Positions 29,776-39,870 of a stretch of DNA of 64,000 nt are shown one piece after another. The notes below the pieces were generated by a model that made no database searches, was not told where the DNA came from, and was given only the letters and a program-made list of their open reading frames with translations. Made by a program: the position numbers and the translations under genes. Each line of letters starts with the position of its first letter. Positions within the stretch are counted from its first letter, which is position 1. Source of the DNA: Cyanobacteria bacterium auto_48_18 (GTDB lineage: Bacteria; Cyanobacteriota; Vampirovibrionia; Obscuribacterales; Obscuribacteraceae); the NCBI GenBank assembly GCA_036170915.1, contig JAVHQC010000010.1, forward strand, positions 169,423 through 233,422, read 5' to 3'.

Positions 29776-30618
29776 ATGCCGATATCCAGAGGCGGAAGCT
29801 CAATTGATTTAGATTATGCAGAGTCAGATTCGGCGGAGCAACTCTACAACGAATTTGCGGGCCCTGATTTTGCTCAGGTTCCATTGAGTAGCTCGAGCAG
29901 AGAATCTGAAGATAAGGCCTTACAGCAGAAGCACATCTTGCCCAATGTTGACATTGCCCAGTCTGGCAATTGGTTTATAAAAAATGTAGATAAATTTGAC
30001 ATCGCCGAAGGCGCATTCAAAACAGGAGATTTATCTCTTAAAGAAATCGAGCTTGCATTAGGATCGAAAACCGAAGCAGTGACCCTCGACGAGCGCGCAC
30101 ATTTGAGATTTTACAAAAAAAACTTCGAATACTTTACGAGCTTGAATGCAGAATATGTTCCGGCAAGTGTTCAGTCGATAACTAAAGGCGACATGCACGC
30201 GTTCAACAAGCAGTTAACTGAATATGCGGATGAATTGTCTACGTTGAAACGGTACGAGCCCGGAAGGTATGAGGCGGTTTCATCTTTAAGAAAGAACTTC
30301 AGATGGCTTGACCACAACAAGGATGGCAGTGTCTCTTACGAAGAGGTAAATGCCGGCATAAATTTACCTAATTTGCCCGAGGTTGACAAACGCGGGTTGA
30401 AAGCAGTTGCTAGCTATTTTCCAATTATTACAGAGTCGCCATCTGGTGCGGGCTACGATCGACCAATTGGTGCCGAAACAATTACCAGTTTTATTTTCAA
30501 ATCAAACCTCCCATACCAGGAAGTTTACTCCGGTCGGTATAGCCCTCGTCAGCCGAAAATAGACACATATAAACGCGAAAGATTAACTAAACTAGAGGCG
30601 CTTTTGCAAGCACCTTAA
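29776..30618 (+). CDS. EF-hand-containing protein, copy 2
   Basis: DHNKDGSVSYEE; colinear with 26800..27642. Confidence 0.75.
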   Translation: MPISRGGSSIDLDYAESDSAEQLYNEFAGPDFAQVPLSSSSRESEDKALQQKHILPNVDIAQSGNWFIKNVDKFDIAEGAFKTGDLSLKEIELALGSKTEAVTLDERAHLRFYKKNFEYFTSLNAEYVPASVQSITKGDMHAFNKQLTEYADELSTLKRYEPGRYEAVSSLRKNFRWLDHNKDGSVSYEEVNAGINLPNLPEVDKRGLKAVASYFPIITESPSGAGYDRPIGAETITSFIFKSNLPYQEVYSGRYSPRQPKIDTYKRERLTKLEALLQAP

Positions 30619-30636
30619 TTCGCCTGAGAGGTGGCG

Positions 30637-33600
30637 TTATAGGTTATCCGGCCTGCCAAGGCTTGGCGGCTTAGTTAATGGCATGATTTGATCCTCAGCA
30701 CCAGCCCGCCGCATGAACTCGCGATACTGTTCTTGCATTGTGGTGGAACTATATCCGAAAGCTCCAGGGTAGTCGTGCAGGGGTTTTGCAACCTGCTTCG
30801 CCCACTCAAGAGCCTCTTCTCTTTTGCCCATTGAAAGTAAAACGTTTGCCAGGCGCAGCTTATCTTTCGTCTCCGAGATGACTTCACCAGTGGGAGCCTT
30901 CGTAATTTGATCAGTACAAAGAGCGGCCTTCGCCAGTTTATTTTGCAATAAATATATCTCGGCAAAATTGATCATGCACGTGAACTTTGGTACAGAGCAC
31001 TTACCGTACTGTTCATTCAAAATTTCGAGTTCACGCAATTGAATTTGCTCAGCTTCGTCATAACGCCTCTGCTGCACATAAAATTTGGTCAGCGCATCAT
31101 ACGCTTTAAGAGCGTCAACGCTGCCAGCGCCATGGGTTTCAATGGTTTCTGAAAGAATCTGCTTCAACGGTTCTTCAGCAGTAATTGCATAGAGTTCAGG
31201 GGAAGCCGAATGAGAAGTATAAAATCTGATGTTATAAAGTTTTTGAAGATCTGGAGGTCGCCTTGTGCCTTCAGCAGGTTTTACAGACACTCTATCTGCC
31301 TCAGCGCTCTTTCCTTCTTTTCTTAAAATTGAAGCAAGCAAAACCGAACTAATCCTTCCACTGTTTCGGGAACCGCCTATCCAATTTTCCAAATCCAGGG
31401 CTTTTCTAGCAAAGCCTTCAGCTAAAATCAACTTGCTCTGAGCCTCTCGCAACTTTGCATAAGACTGAAAATTTTCAATAAACAAGGCGTTGCGTGGTCC
31501 TACTTCGGTCAATTGAATTTTAGTTGCCTGCTCCAGAAGATTTTCAGCAATATCAAATTGTTTTTGCTCAGTAAATTTATCAACAACTGAATAAAACAAA
31601 AAAGCAGACATGCTATTGCCACGAGAAAGACAGATTGACGGATATTGACTAAAGGTTGCTAATAGTGCCTCAGCCCACTTCTTAGCCTCACTGTAATTAT
31701 CCTCGTCAATAAATAACTCAGCTAGAAAAGCTTTCTCGATAAATGCGCTGGCATAAGTACCGGAAGCCCTATGCGTAAGAATACTCTGTTTAAGTATCGC
31801 TTCAGCTTCACGGTATTTCTTTGCTTTAACTAGAAGTGTAAATCCAAGGTCAGCTCTCATATTTCCAGGGTGATACATAGAGTGGTTGAAGCTTTCGCCC
31901 GACTCCATTGAAAGAGCGCGAAGCATTGCTGCCACACCATCTGCATACTGCTGTTTTCCCAGATGAATACGCGCAACATTAGCCCATTCAGAACTTGCGG
32001 CAGGGTTGAGTGCATTCTCTGAATTTTGAGCATGTTGCTTTGCTCCTAGCAGCGCTTGATCAACGTTGCCCGTGGCCAACTCAACAGACTGCAACCAATT
32101 TTTTAGAGTGTCTAGGCCAGCTGAACGAAAGTCGTTCTTCTCGGCCAGATTGATTATAGTTTGAACACTTACGGCACCATATCGAGTGGCAACAGATGTA
32201 TGTTGTCTTTGAGCGGCCTCGACAAGCGCTCTTATGGTGTCGGGAGAAATCGTAGGCAAAGTGTTCGCTAGCTCTACTGCTCTTGCGAAAGCCAATGCTT
32301 GAGCAGCACTACCTCCGCTGACTCGAAGAAAGGCCAATATCGCTTTATAAGTATTTCCGGTTTTAGCCAGCACTTCTGCTCTGAGAAATCTCACATTTAG
32401 AACTTCATGACCAGGAAGGCTGACGCTATCGTCGCCATCACTGAACTGGGACAGCGACTCTTTAAATCGGCCGAGCCTATACAAGATAAGTGCACGTCGA
32501 TAGGCCAATATCTTATCAACATTCGAACTTTCCGCACTTTCGGTTCTCAGTACGCTCAGACTCAAGTCGATATGACTGGTCCGAAAAAGCGCAACGCTTA
32601 AAGCACCTAACATTCTAGAGTAGTCATTACGTGATCTGTCGGGAACCATCAAAATATCAATTTTCTTTTGCGCTTCGGTTATGTTGTTCTGCAATAGATA
32701 TAAAATTGCTTCGTAGGCAATTGGTGAAACGTCTCGTTTTGTAGCTGCAGGGTATGACCGCGTGGCGTAGTTAAACAGACGATGTGCCTTCACAGGCTCT
32801 CCCAGAAAAGCATAGATATAGGACACAGTGATCATTTGCTGAAATCGCTTTTGTTGGTCTTCGTTAGAATCTCTTTCACGTGAGTTAAATTGGGCAACCT
32901 CAAGGTCATTGAGAAGAGTGGTTAAATTTGACCAGGCGGGCGAAGCGTCGCTATCATCTTTACCCATCAGAGCAATTTCGGCCGTCTGATACAATCGATT
33001 AGCACTAAAAGTGGTGCCCGGAGATGCCAAATAGCTATCCATGCGTCTTAGCATAGCTAAGGCTCTAGTGGTGGTTAACTGGGTTTTCAGTAATTTGACC
33101 AGGTTTATCAATCGCGTAATATCATCTGCACTGTGTGTGCTCTTTGCGAGCTCCTGCTCAAATAGTGCATCCAATGATGTAATAGCTTTACCTTGATTGG
33201 TGACAGCCGAGTCATAGACTAACCTCGCCAAGCGAGCATCTGCACTGCCCTCTACGACTTCAGTCTTAGGCCGATTCATTTCAGCAATTGCAAGCAGATT
33301 GTCAAATTCCTTAAACAACTGCTCTTGATTTGAAGCATCATTTCTTACAAGTAGAGCACTTAATTTTTCTAACTGCAAAACCGCTCGGCAGTCCTTGCCT
33401 AAGGCCTCGGATATTAAATTCTTGGCGAGGTCAACCTGCATCAGTGCTTGTGGCAATTGCTTAGCCCTGGCATATGAATTGGCCAAACGAATCTCGACAT
33501 CACTTAAGCAAGGTGATCCCCAACGTTCTAACTGCATCCTCTCTTGAGCATTCAACTTATCGGTGTAAATGGATGCAGCCTGAAGCAGAGCAGATTGCGA

Positions 33601-34761
33601 CTTTGTTGAGTCATCAAATTGTTCATAAATATCCGACAGTTTCAAAAGTGCCGATATTAGTTTCTGGTATTGAAAGATTCTTACGCTGCCCTGGGCATCG
33701 AGTTGCAAGTCCACAATGTGCCTTTGCGCAGCCTCGGCAATTTCCCGATGTTTACTGTCAACGGCGTAATCAACCAAACTTTTCAATGAAGCTAGCAAGA
33801 ACTCTCGCTGCAAATTTCCAGGCTGAGCACAATAATCGGCTACTTGCTTGTAGTCTCTCTGAGCAGCATCCTCATTTGGCCCAGCCAAACTTGCTCGACC
33901 CAGCAGCACTGTTATCCTATTTTGAATCGACAAAGTCGGCAGCAATTTATATAGAGTGTTATAGATTTTTTGTGCGCTTTCGGAGCAGCCATGTTGAGCA
34001 AGCATTGCGGCACATTGAGTAAGCGCCTTAGTGCCAGCATCAGAACATTTTGCAGAATGAGCCTCAGAAAATTCCAAGGCTTGTTTGGCGGCTGCATCGA
34101 ATTGCTCGAACATGCCAGTGAGTGCGTAAAAATCTAATGCCTTCGGCAACGCTTTAATTGGGTCCGAGAATAAAGCTGGAAACATAAAGTTTGGACAATT
34201 TGTAGCGGCAATAAAATATGGTACAGCCGCAAGGTTGTTGCCAGAGGCGTGGTGCCTTTCACCTAGAGCAGCGAGATCGTCTGCTGCATAGCCACTATTG
34301 GTAAAAAGGTCAGTGACATTAAGTAATGGCCCGTAGATCGACGCTGTTTTGTACATCGTTGCAGGCGAGTATCGAGTTAGAGTTTTCGTTAGGTATTGAT
34401 CACCTTGAATTAGTGTCACTTCTAATTTCGAATCAATTGGTCCGAAAAGCATAGCCGATAATTCTTCTATGCTTTTGTCTTTGGCATAGACAGGTCCGAG
34501 CTTTATGACTCTGCTATCTGATGGGAAATACAAATCGTTGCTGCGTAAAGGCGAAGGGGTGCCGGAGCCAGACTCAATGACGGTTGAACCGTCGGCCAAT
34601 CTGCGCAAGACGACGCCGGGATCGCCTAATTTGTCTGATGCACTATTGCCTGACACATGTTCACTGGAAACAGAATCTGCTACTGAATCAGCCCCACGGC
34701 AGGGTGATACCAGAGTTAGACACACGGCAAGCGTTGCTGATAGAAATTTGTACAAACGCAC
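30637..34761 (-). CDS. Large secreted TPR protein with an N-terminal PDZ-like segment
   Basis: Signal peptide; GVVLRR..GPIDSKLEVTL; many TPR-like helices (YVQQRRYDEAEQI). Confidence 0.75.
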   Translation of the reverse strand: MRLYKFLSATLAVCLTLVSPCRGADSVADSVSSEHVSGNSASDKLGDPGVVLRRLADGSTVIESGSGTPSPLRSNDLYFPSDSRVIKLGPVYAKDKSIEELSAMLFGPIDSKLEVTLIQGDQYLTKTLTRYSPATMYKTASIYGPLLNVTDLFTNSGYAADDLAALGERHHASGNNLAAVPYFIAATNCPNFMFPALFSDPIKALPKALDFYALTGMFEQFDAAAKQALEFSEAHSAKCSDAGTKALTQCAAMLAQHGCSESAQKIYNTLYKLLPTLSIQNRITVLLGRASLAGPNEDAAQRDYKQVADYCAQPGNLQREFLLASLKSLVDYAVDSKHREIAEAAQRHIVDLQLDAQGSVRIFQYQKLISALLKLSDIYEQFDDSTKSQSALLQAASIYTDKLNAQERMQLERWGSPCLSDVEIRLANSYARAKQLPQALMQVDLAKNLISEALGKDCRAVLQLEKLSALLVRNDASNQEQLFKEFDNLLAIAEMNRPKTEVVEGSADARLARLVYDSAVTNQGKAITSLDALFEQELAKSTHSADDITRLINLVKLLKTQLTTTRALAMLRRMDSYLASPGTTFSANRLYQTAEIALMGKDDSDASPAWSNLTTLLNDLEVAQFNSRERDSNEDQQKRFQQMITVSYIYAFLGEPVKAHRLFNYATRSYPAATKRDVSPIAYEAILYLLQNNITEAQKKIDILMVPDRSRNDYSRMLGALSVALFRTSHIDLSLSVLRTESAESSNVDKILAYRRALILYRLGRFKESLSQFSDGDDSVSLPGHEVLNVRFLRAEVLAKTGNTYKAILAFLRVSGGSAAQALAFARAVELANTLPTISPDTIRALVEAAQRQHTSVATRYGAVSVQTIINLAEKNDFRSAGLDTLKNWLQSVELATGNVDQALLGAKQHAQNSENALNPAASSEWANVARIHLGKQQYADGVAAMLRALSMESGESFNHSMYHPGNMRADLGFTLLVKAKKYREAEAILKQSILTHRASGTYASAFIEKAFLAELFIDEDNYSEAKKWAEALLATFSQYPSICLSRGNSMSAFLFYSVVDKFTEQKQFDIAENLLEQATKIQLTEVGPRNALFIENFQSYAKLREAQSKLILAEGFARKALDLENWIGGSRNSGRISSVLLASILRKEGKSAEADRVSVKPAEGTRRPPDLQKLYNIRFYTSHSASPELYAITAEEPLKQILSETIETHGAGSVDALKAYDALTKFYVQQRRYDEAEQIQLRELEILNEQYGKCSVPKFTCMINFAEIYLLQNKLAKAALCTDQITKAPTGEVISETKDKLRLANVLLSMGKREEALEWAKQVAKPLHDYPGAFGYSSTTMQEQYREFMRRAGAEDQIMPLTKPPSLGRPDNL

Positions 34762-34823
34762 GCTGGATGCCTCAGGTTGTCTAATTCAAAGTATTCTGGC
34801 TGCTAAGAACATCAAGCAGACCA

Positions 34824-36206
34824 CTAGTGCCGCTCGGCGACCTCGAGCAACTCCCGACTGAACCGATCGGCCGCAGCGACATCGAAAGTTACAAGTGCAA
34901 TTGTAATCAGATTGTTGAGAAGATCGATTTGCATTGCAAAATCATGAGTGCTCACTAGCTCAGTTTCCCAACGGCGACGGAAATAAAGGGCCTCAATGGG
35001 TAGAAAAACAATCGCAAAAACAAGCGCCGGAACAACGGCAAGAGCTGGATCAACTTCACGCGCGGCGGTTTTAAGCCTTTCCTGGTGGCATCTCATTCGG
35101 TCACGAACCATCGCTTCAGAGCGTTCAGTCACCGCTTTTTCTGTCTCATACTCGCCCAATGTACCAGCCTTTCGTTCCAATGTAAAAGCTATACACCGGT
35201 CATCTGTTGAATAATTCTCAACGCTGTAGGCATCAAATGGAGCACAAAGCGATGACAAAAAAATATTTTCATTTCTCGCTACAGGTTTTACATTCATCAG
35301 ATATTGAAGGCCAGCTGTCAGCCAGCGCACGGCTTCGGCCTTCACCTCAGCTGACAATATACGTCGATTAACTCTAATGATTTTAGATTTTTCAGGATGA
35401 TCAGGCCCAAATTGACATACATCCATCGTTAAACATTCAACCAGTTCGGCTGCTATTCGAGCGCATGATTGATCATCATGCTGTTGACCATAAAATGGCA
35501 ACGCCTTTTTATAATTTCCTACAGCATGGTGAGTAGCTTGCCTTGCGCCATTCAAATCATCCCTGAAATACTTCCCCATTGCCAGTAAACGGTTTGCGTC
35601 GCCTAGCTCGACTTGTCTATAAGCCACATGAGCGCTACCTTCACCATACACCAGCCGTACTATCTTATCGTTTTCATCAAATTGTTTTCCCCAGTAGCGA
35701 TCGCATGACCAAGACCACTGAGTACATAAAGCTGTTCTGCCTTTGATCCGAGACGGGTCGGGAATTGCCTTGTAAATATACTCAGCTGCGAGCATTTGGC
35801 CAGATTCAGCGCAGCCTTTGGCTAAAGCTAATCCGCTATACCAGGGAATAGAAAAACAACATTTCAGAATCAAAACAAGTAGGGCTACCGAGGTCAAGGT
35901 TTCGTGAGTTCCGCTCAGTAAACGAACGACTTTACTGGTTCTATTCATCTTTGCTTGTAAGTCTTGCCAGTGACAGGCCAACACCCCGAATTTAGTGAGC
36001 CTGCTCACAACGAAGTAGATCGCGCCTGCGAGAAGAAATATAACTGGCTGAAGAGTGTCACCGACAGATGGACCTAAATGCTCGTGCAATCGACATGGAA
36101 GTTGCTGTGCATGAAACTCTACGATTAGGTTATGTACAATCATCGACATGCTGGTAAGCATGCACAAAGCAACAGCTAAATTGAGAAGTGAAAAATTTCG
36201 GCGCAC
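34824..36206 (-). CDS. Membrane-anchored helical hypothetical protein
   Basis: Long ORF with several hydrophobic segments and a TPR-like middle. Confidence 0.65.
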   Translation of the reverse strand: MRRNFSLLNLAVALCMLTSMSMIVHNLIVEFHAQQLPCRLHEHLGPSVGDTLQPVIFLLAGAIYFVVSRLTKFGVLACHWQDLQAKMNRTSKVVRLLSGTHETLTSVALLVLILKCCFSIPWYSGLALAKGCAESGQMLAAEYIYKAIPDPSRIKGRTALCTQWSWSCDRYWGKQFDENDKIVRLVYGEGSAHVAYRQVELGDANRLLAMGKYFRDDLNGARQATHHAVGNYKKALPFYGQQHDDQSCARIAAELVECLTMDVCQFGPDHPEKSKIIRVNRRILSAEVKAEAVRWLTAGLQYLMNVKPVARNENIFLSSLCAPFDAYSVENYSTDDRCIAFTLERKAGTLGEYETEKAVTERSEAMVRDRMRCHQERLKTAAREVDPALAVVPALVFAIVFLPIEALYFRRRWETELVSTHDFAMQIDLLNNLITIALVTFDVAAADRFSRELLEVAERH

Positions 36207-36559
36207 AACTCGTACCCGTGAAACTTACTCCACTATGACACCGCAGCGGTGGTCTGTCACTCGTGGAAACATCATCCTTGCGGGGCGACTGCCCTTAACA
36301 CAGGCTCAACTCTGCGTCGTCTTACGCGTTTACGAATTCAAAGCTGATTAAAAACCCTATTCACCTTCGCTACGCAATCAACAGCTTACGCAATGCAGGA
36401 TCACGCATTTTCCAAAGCATGCTGAGTGTGCTGTTCGTTTTCAGTGGCCACATTCCCGCCACAATCGAGAAACATAATACTTGAACAAGTCGATACTTGA
36501 TGTTTCGCCCCGCAAAATTGCAGGAACAAGAAAATGATTAATCTCAGAGAGGTGTTCGC

Positions 36560-36820
36560 TTGATATTAATTTGGAAGGGTGCAGGCCTCCTGGTTTTATT
36601 TATTGGCCTTGGAACACTCGTTGTAACTCAGTGGATTCTTGGCCCCCTATATCAAGAGGGGTGGGCAAAAATATTAGGCTTGAGCATTGCTGGTGTTATC
36701 TGCTGGTTTCTAGGCAAGCATCTAAATAGGCACGCCAGCAACCACGACCTTTTCTTCATCCCGATGGAATATTGGGGCATTGTACTTCCTATCCTCGGAG
36801 TGTCGCTATCTTTTGTCTGA
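36560..36820 (+). CDS. Small membrane protein
   Basis: MILIWKGAG start, HDLFFIPMEYWG; GAGG RBS. Confidence 0.75.
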   Translation: MILIWKGAGLLVLFIGLGTLVVTQWILGPLYQEGWAKILGLSIAGVICWFLGKHLNRHASNHDLFFIPMEYWGIVLPILGVSLSFV

Positions 36821-36909
36821 CGCCGATCCCTCGACCTGCGCAAGTAATAGAAGGCATCACTGATAGTGTCATCAAAATGAGAAAGGTAAATGCGTAATTT
36901 GCGCCGGAA

Positions 36910-37269
36910 TTATAAGTGACAGCCAAGGCTGCCCAAACCAAGAGAATACATTCCGAAAAAGTACACACACAAAGGGACGAGGGCAAGCGCACAAATTTCG
37001 CCAACAAGTTGATTGCCTCTTACTTTCTGGCCTCTAAACCCGGCCAAAACACAAGCAAGCAGCGCTGCGTACCATGTGCTTAGTTGCACATGGTTTGTAA
37101 GCATCTCGTATCCAGCATCGGTAAACTTAATGACCTGAAGCACGTGAGGATCGCGTGGATCTAAGGGCGCTCCTACAAGACCCTGCGCATTTGCATGAGC
37201 AACGCACAAACAGCTAAGCAAAACAAAAACCAGGCAGGCGCCAAAGCGTAAGTTGATGATTGAAAACAT
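36910..37269 (-). CDS. Small exported/membrane hypothetical protein
   Basis: Signal peptide (AHA-NA) plus two hydrophobic helices. Confidence 0.55.
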   Translation of the reverse strand: MFSIINLRFGACLVFVLLSCLCVAHANAQGLVGAPLDPRDPHVLQVIKFTDAGYEMLTNHVQLSTWYAALLACVLAGFRGQKVRGNQLVGEICALALVPLCVYFFGMYSLGLGSLGCHL

Positions 37270-37499
37270 GAGTGCCTCACTCGAAAAAGAAAGCCAGCAG
37301 CCAAGCCGGGCTGCGTTGGATTGACAACTTTAAGCGCAGTTAACATGTGCGTAAAGAGGAAAAGCACCACTGAGACCGGCGAACGAAGGAGAAGCGCCGA
37401 ACTGGCTTCCGCATAAGCCCAGGCTATCCAATGCACTAATGGCTCAAGCGGCACGCGCTGTTTTTCGCTAAACTTTGATCGCACAAAGAGGATGACAAC

Positions 37500-37745
37500 T
37501 TGCAAGAACTGAAACCAGTTTCTATCGTGGCAGAGGGCCAGACCGGGCCGAAGTCATTTTCCTATCGGGTATTCTTCGAAAGTGACGGCGCTAAATCCGA
37601 TTTCACCTTCACCGTTAGCGACGACGAAATCACATCGGTCTCTTGGGATAGCGACAAATTTTGGGACATCACCCGTGAAGATCCGCGGATGCCGGCGCTC
37701 ATGCAAGCTATTCTTCGTTTGCACGATGCACGTCGAAGTCTGTAA
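37500..37745 (+). CDS. Hypothetical protein
   Basis: GAGGA RBS before TTG; compact 81-aa ORF. Confidence 0.55.
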   Translation: MQELKPVSIVAEGQTGPKSFSYRVFFESDGAKSDFTFTVSDDEITSVSWDSDKFWDITREDPRMPALMQAILRLHDARRSL

Positions 37746-37935
37746 ATTGCTTTCAACAACTAAGCGAAGAGTGCTATAGTCAGTTTTAATAAGAGCTCCC
37801 ACGCTTCCCGTTTACGTAGCGCACCAGGGAGCTCATTATTAACTTGCATGGCGATGTCTGCCTTATGGCGCATGATGCCCATGTATTTCTGATAGGTCGC
37901 TTTGACGAGCAGCGCCGGCGGATTAGGCACCACCT

Positions 37936-38259
37936 TTACGCTCCAGGGTAACGTTTAGACACTTTGCCCGCGGCTCTTTTAGCAACTCGCGTCTTCAGCT
38001 CATCTGGGCTCAAACCTAATTTTTGCAAACCCTTCTGAGCCCTGAGCATCAAATCGGCCATGACTTCACTCTGCGGCAGCAAGATGATGCAGCCTGGTAG
38101 CGAAATTTCTACGACAGTTTCACCAGCATGCAACCCATGTTGCTTACGCGCCTCTTTCGATAGCGTCACTTGCCCCTGTGTACTTACTTTTAGAGTGCTT
38201 ATTTGCGGTTCGTCGTGCGCTAAATGGCTCATAGTGCTTCCAAGCAGATGGGTAATCAT
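37936..38259 (-). CDS. AbrB/MazE/SpoVT-family DNA-binding protein (orphan antitoxin-like)
   Basis: LKVSTQGQVTLSKEARKQHGLHAGETV. Confidence 0.85.
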   Translation of the reverse strand: MITHLLGSTMSHLAHDEPQISTLKVSTQGQVTLSKEARKQHGLHAGETVVEISLPGCIILLPQSEVMADLMLRAQKGLQKLGLSPDELKTRVAKRAAGKVSKRYPGA

Positions 38260-38416
38260 TAGACTTTAGAACTTCAGTTAAATTTAGATTCTTTAGAAAC
38301 TATAGTCGAAAAAGCTGCAATTGACAAGCTCTGTATACACTAGTGTGGTCAATTGCAAGCCAGAGAGAGCTCCGACAAGATCGCCCATTAAAAACCGCAC
38401 AGTAGCTCGCTACACC

Positions 38417-39646
38417 ATGCCATATAATTATCTAAATACACTAATTGAGATAGCCGAATTGCCCATCAAAAAGAAAAAACTTTCTTCAAAACGTAATGAC
38501 AAAATTTATATAGAAGATGTGGTCGAACCGGCACGAATTCGCACACAATCATTTGCCTCGGCCTTTCCAGCATTAGCACAATGGTGGCATTATAAAAAGA
38601 ATTGTGGTTTCGGACCAGAAGATTTTTCATTCCGCTCCCATGTGCGCGCCTGGTTTAAATGTCCAAAGGGAAAAGATCATCTATTTCAAGTACAGATTGC
38701 TGCCATGGCCAATGCTGCGCTTTCGCAATCGAAAATAAAAGGTTGCGGCTTTTGTAATGCGAAAAGAGTGTCTGTGACGAATAATCTGGCCGACCATTAT
38801 CCAGACATAGCAGCAGAACTTGTAACCAAAAAAAACAATTTTGATCCCTCTAAAATCGCAAGCGGCTCAGGCAAGAAAGCCTGGTGGAAATGCAAGAAAG
38901 GTCACCAGTGGCAGGCAGCAATCAATAACCGCACCGCAGATGGTACCGGCTGCCCGCGCTGCAATGTTGGCGAGCCACTTGATTTGCGTAACTATCCGCG
39001 AGCGATGAAAGAGTTTGATAAAAAAAATAATCCGGGAGTAAACCCTCATGCCTTGCCTTTCACAGGCAAATTTGCCTGGATTTGCAGTAATGATGCGCGC
39101 CATAAATGGACCGCCGGCTTTTATCGCTCCAGCGAAAACCGAGTGCGATGTCCGCTTTGTCGAAGCCAAAAAGGTTCTACTGGAAATAACCTTAAACGCT
39201 CTTACCCGGCCATAGCCAAGCAGTGGCATCCGACGAAAAATAAATCAGTCGGCCCAGCCGATGTCACGTTCGGCAGTGGCTATAAAGCCTGGTGGAAATG
39301 TTCTGCCGGACCCGATCACGAATGGCAAACTGCGGTAGCAAATAGAACTTCTAATCAGACGGGTTGCCCTTTTTGCCTATTTAAAAAAGACTCAGTTACT
39401 AACTTAATCTCAACCGCCGCGCCCAAATTAGCCAGAGAGTGGCACCCGAGCAAAAACAAAAAATTGACTCCCGAAAAAACTAGAATTCACTCAATGCAAC
39501 CAGTATGGTGGCTCTGTAGGAAATGTTCATGTGAATGGCAAGCAGCACCAATTTATAGAGTGACACGGGGCAACGGCTGCCCCGCCTGTGCTCGCAAAAA
39601 TCATAGTAAAATCATGAAAGCGATCAGGGGCAAGCAGCGACTGTAA
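38417..39646 (+). CDS. Multi zinc-ribbon repeat protein (DUF4379-like); start uncertain
   Basis: About five repeats of WHPxKN..P..V..GS..KAWWKC..H.WQ..RT..GCPxC. Confidence 0.88.
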   Translation: MPYNYLNTLIEIAELPIKKKKLSSKRNDKIYIEDVVEPARIRTQSFASAFPALAQWWHYKKNCGFGPEDFSFRSHVRAWFKCPKGKDHLFQVQIAAMANAALSQSKIKGCGFCNAKRVSVTNNLADHYPDIAAELVTKKNNFDPSKIASGSGKKAWWKCKKGHQWQAAINNRTADGTGCPRCNVGEPLDLRNYPRAMKEFDKKNNPGVNPHALPFTGKFAWICSNDARHKWTAGFYRSSENRVRCPLCRSQKGSTGNNLKRSYPAIAKQWHPTKNKSVGPADVTFGSGYKAWWKCSAGPDHEWQTAVANRTSNQTGCPFCLFKKDSVTNLISTAAPKLAREWHPSKNKKLTPEKTRIHSMQPVWWLCRKCSCEWQAAPIYRVTRGNGCPACARKNHSKIMKAIRGKQRL

Positions 39647-39676
39647 ATTAATAGGCGCGAGCTACATCGATCGCTT

Positions 39677-39811
39677 GCTCCAGGGCGGGATTCTTACATT
39701 GGCTACATCGACGTGCAGGGCCGGCTAATCATCCCTCCTAAGTTCTCACCGGCGGAACAGTTTTCAGAGAGCCTAGCATGGGTATGCCCCGCTTCTGAAG
39801 TTAAAGGGTTC
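39677..39811 (+). pseudogene. WG-repeat gene remnant, left part
   Basis: Gap-free match to 61920-62054 (APGRDSYIGYIDVQGRLIIPPKF...KGF). Confidence 0.85.
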
Positions 39812-39870
39812 AGGAGCATTTCACGTTGTTACTGGTCATGAACAAAAGCATGGAATAAAATTGCAAATAG

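Noticed and set aside
26800..30618. EF-hand gene pair as a diversity-generating retroelement template/variable pair
   Set aside because: In the 5' part I compared, substitutions affect C, G and T as well as A; whole genes are duplicated and there is no reverse transcriptase in the window
37786..37842. Hairpin as an attC site
   Set aside because: GTT precedes and AAC follows the stem, the reverse of attC
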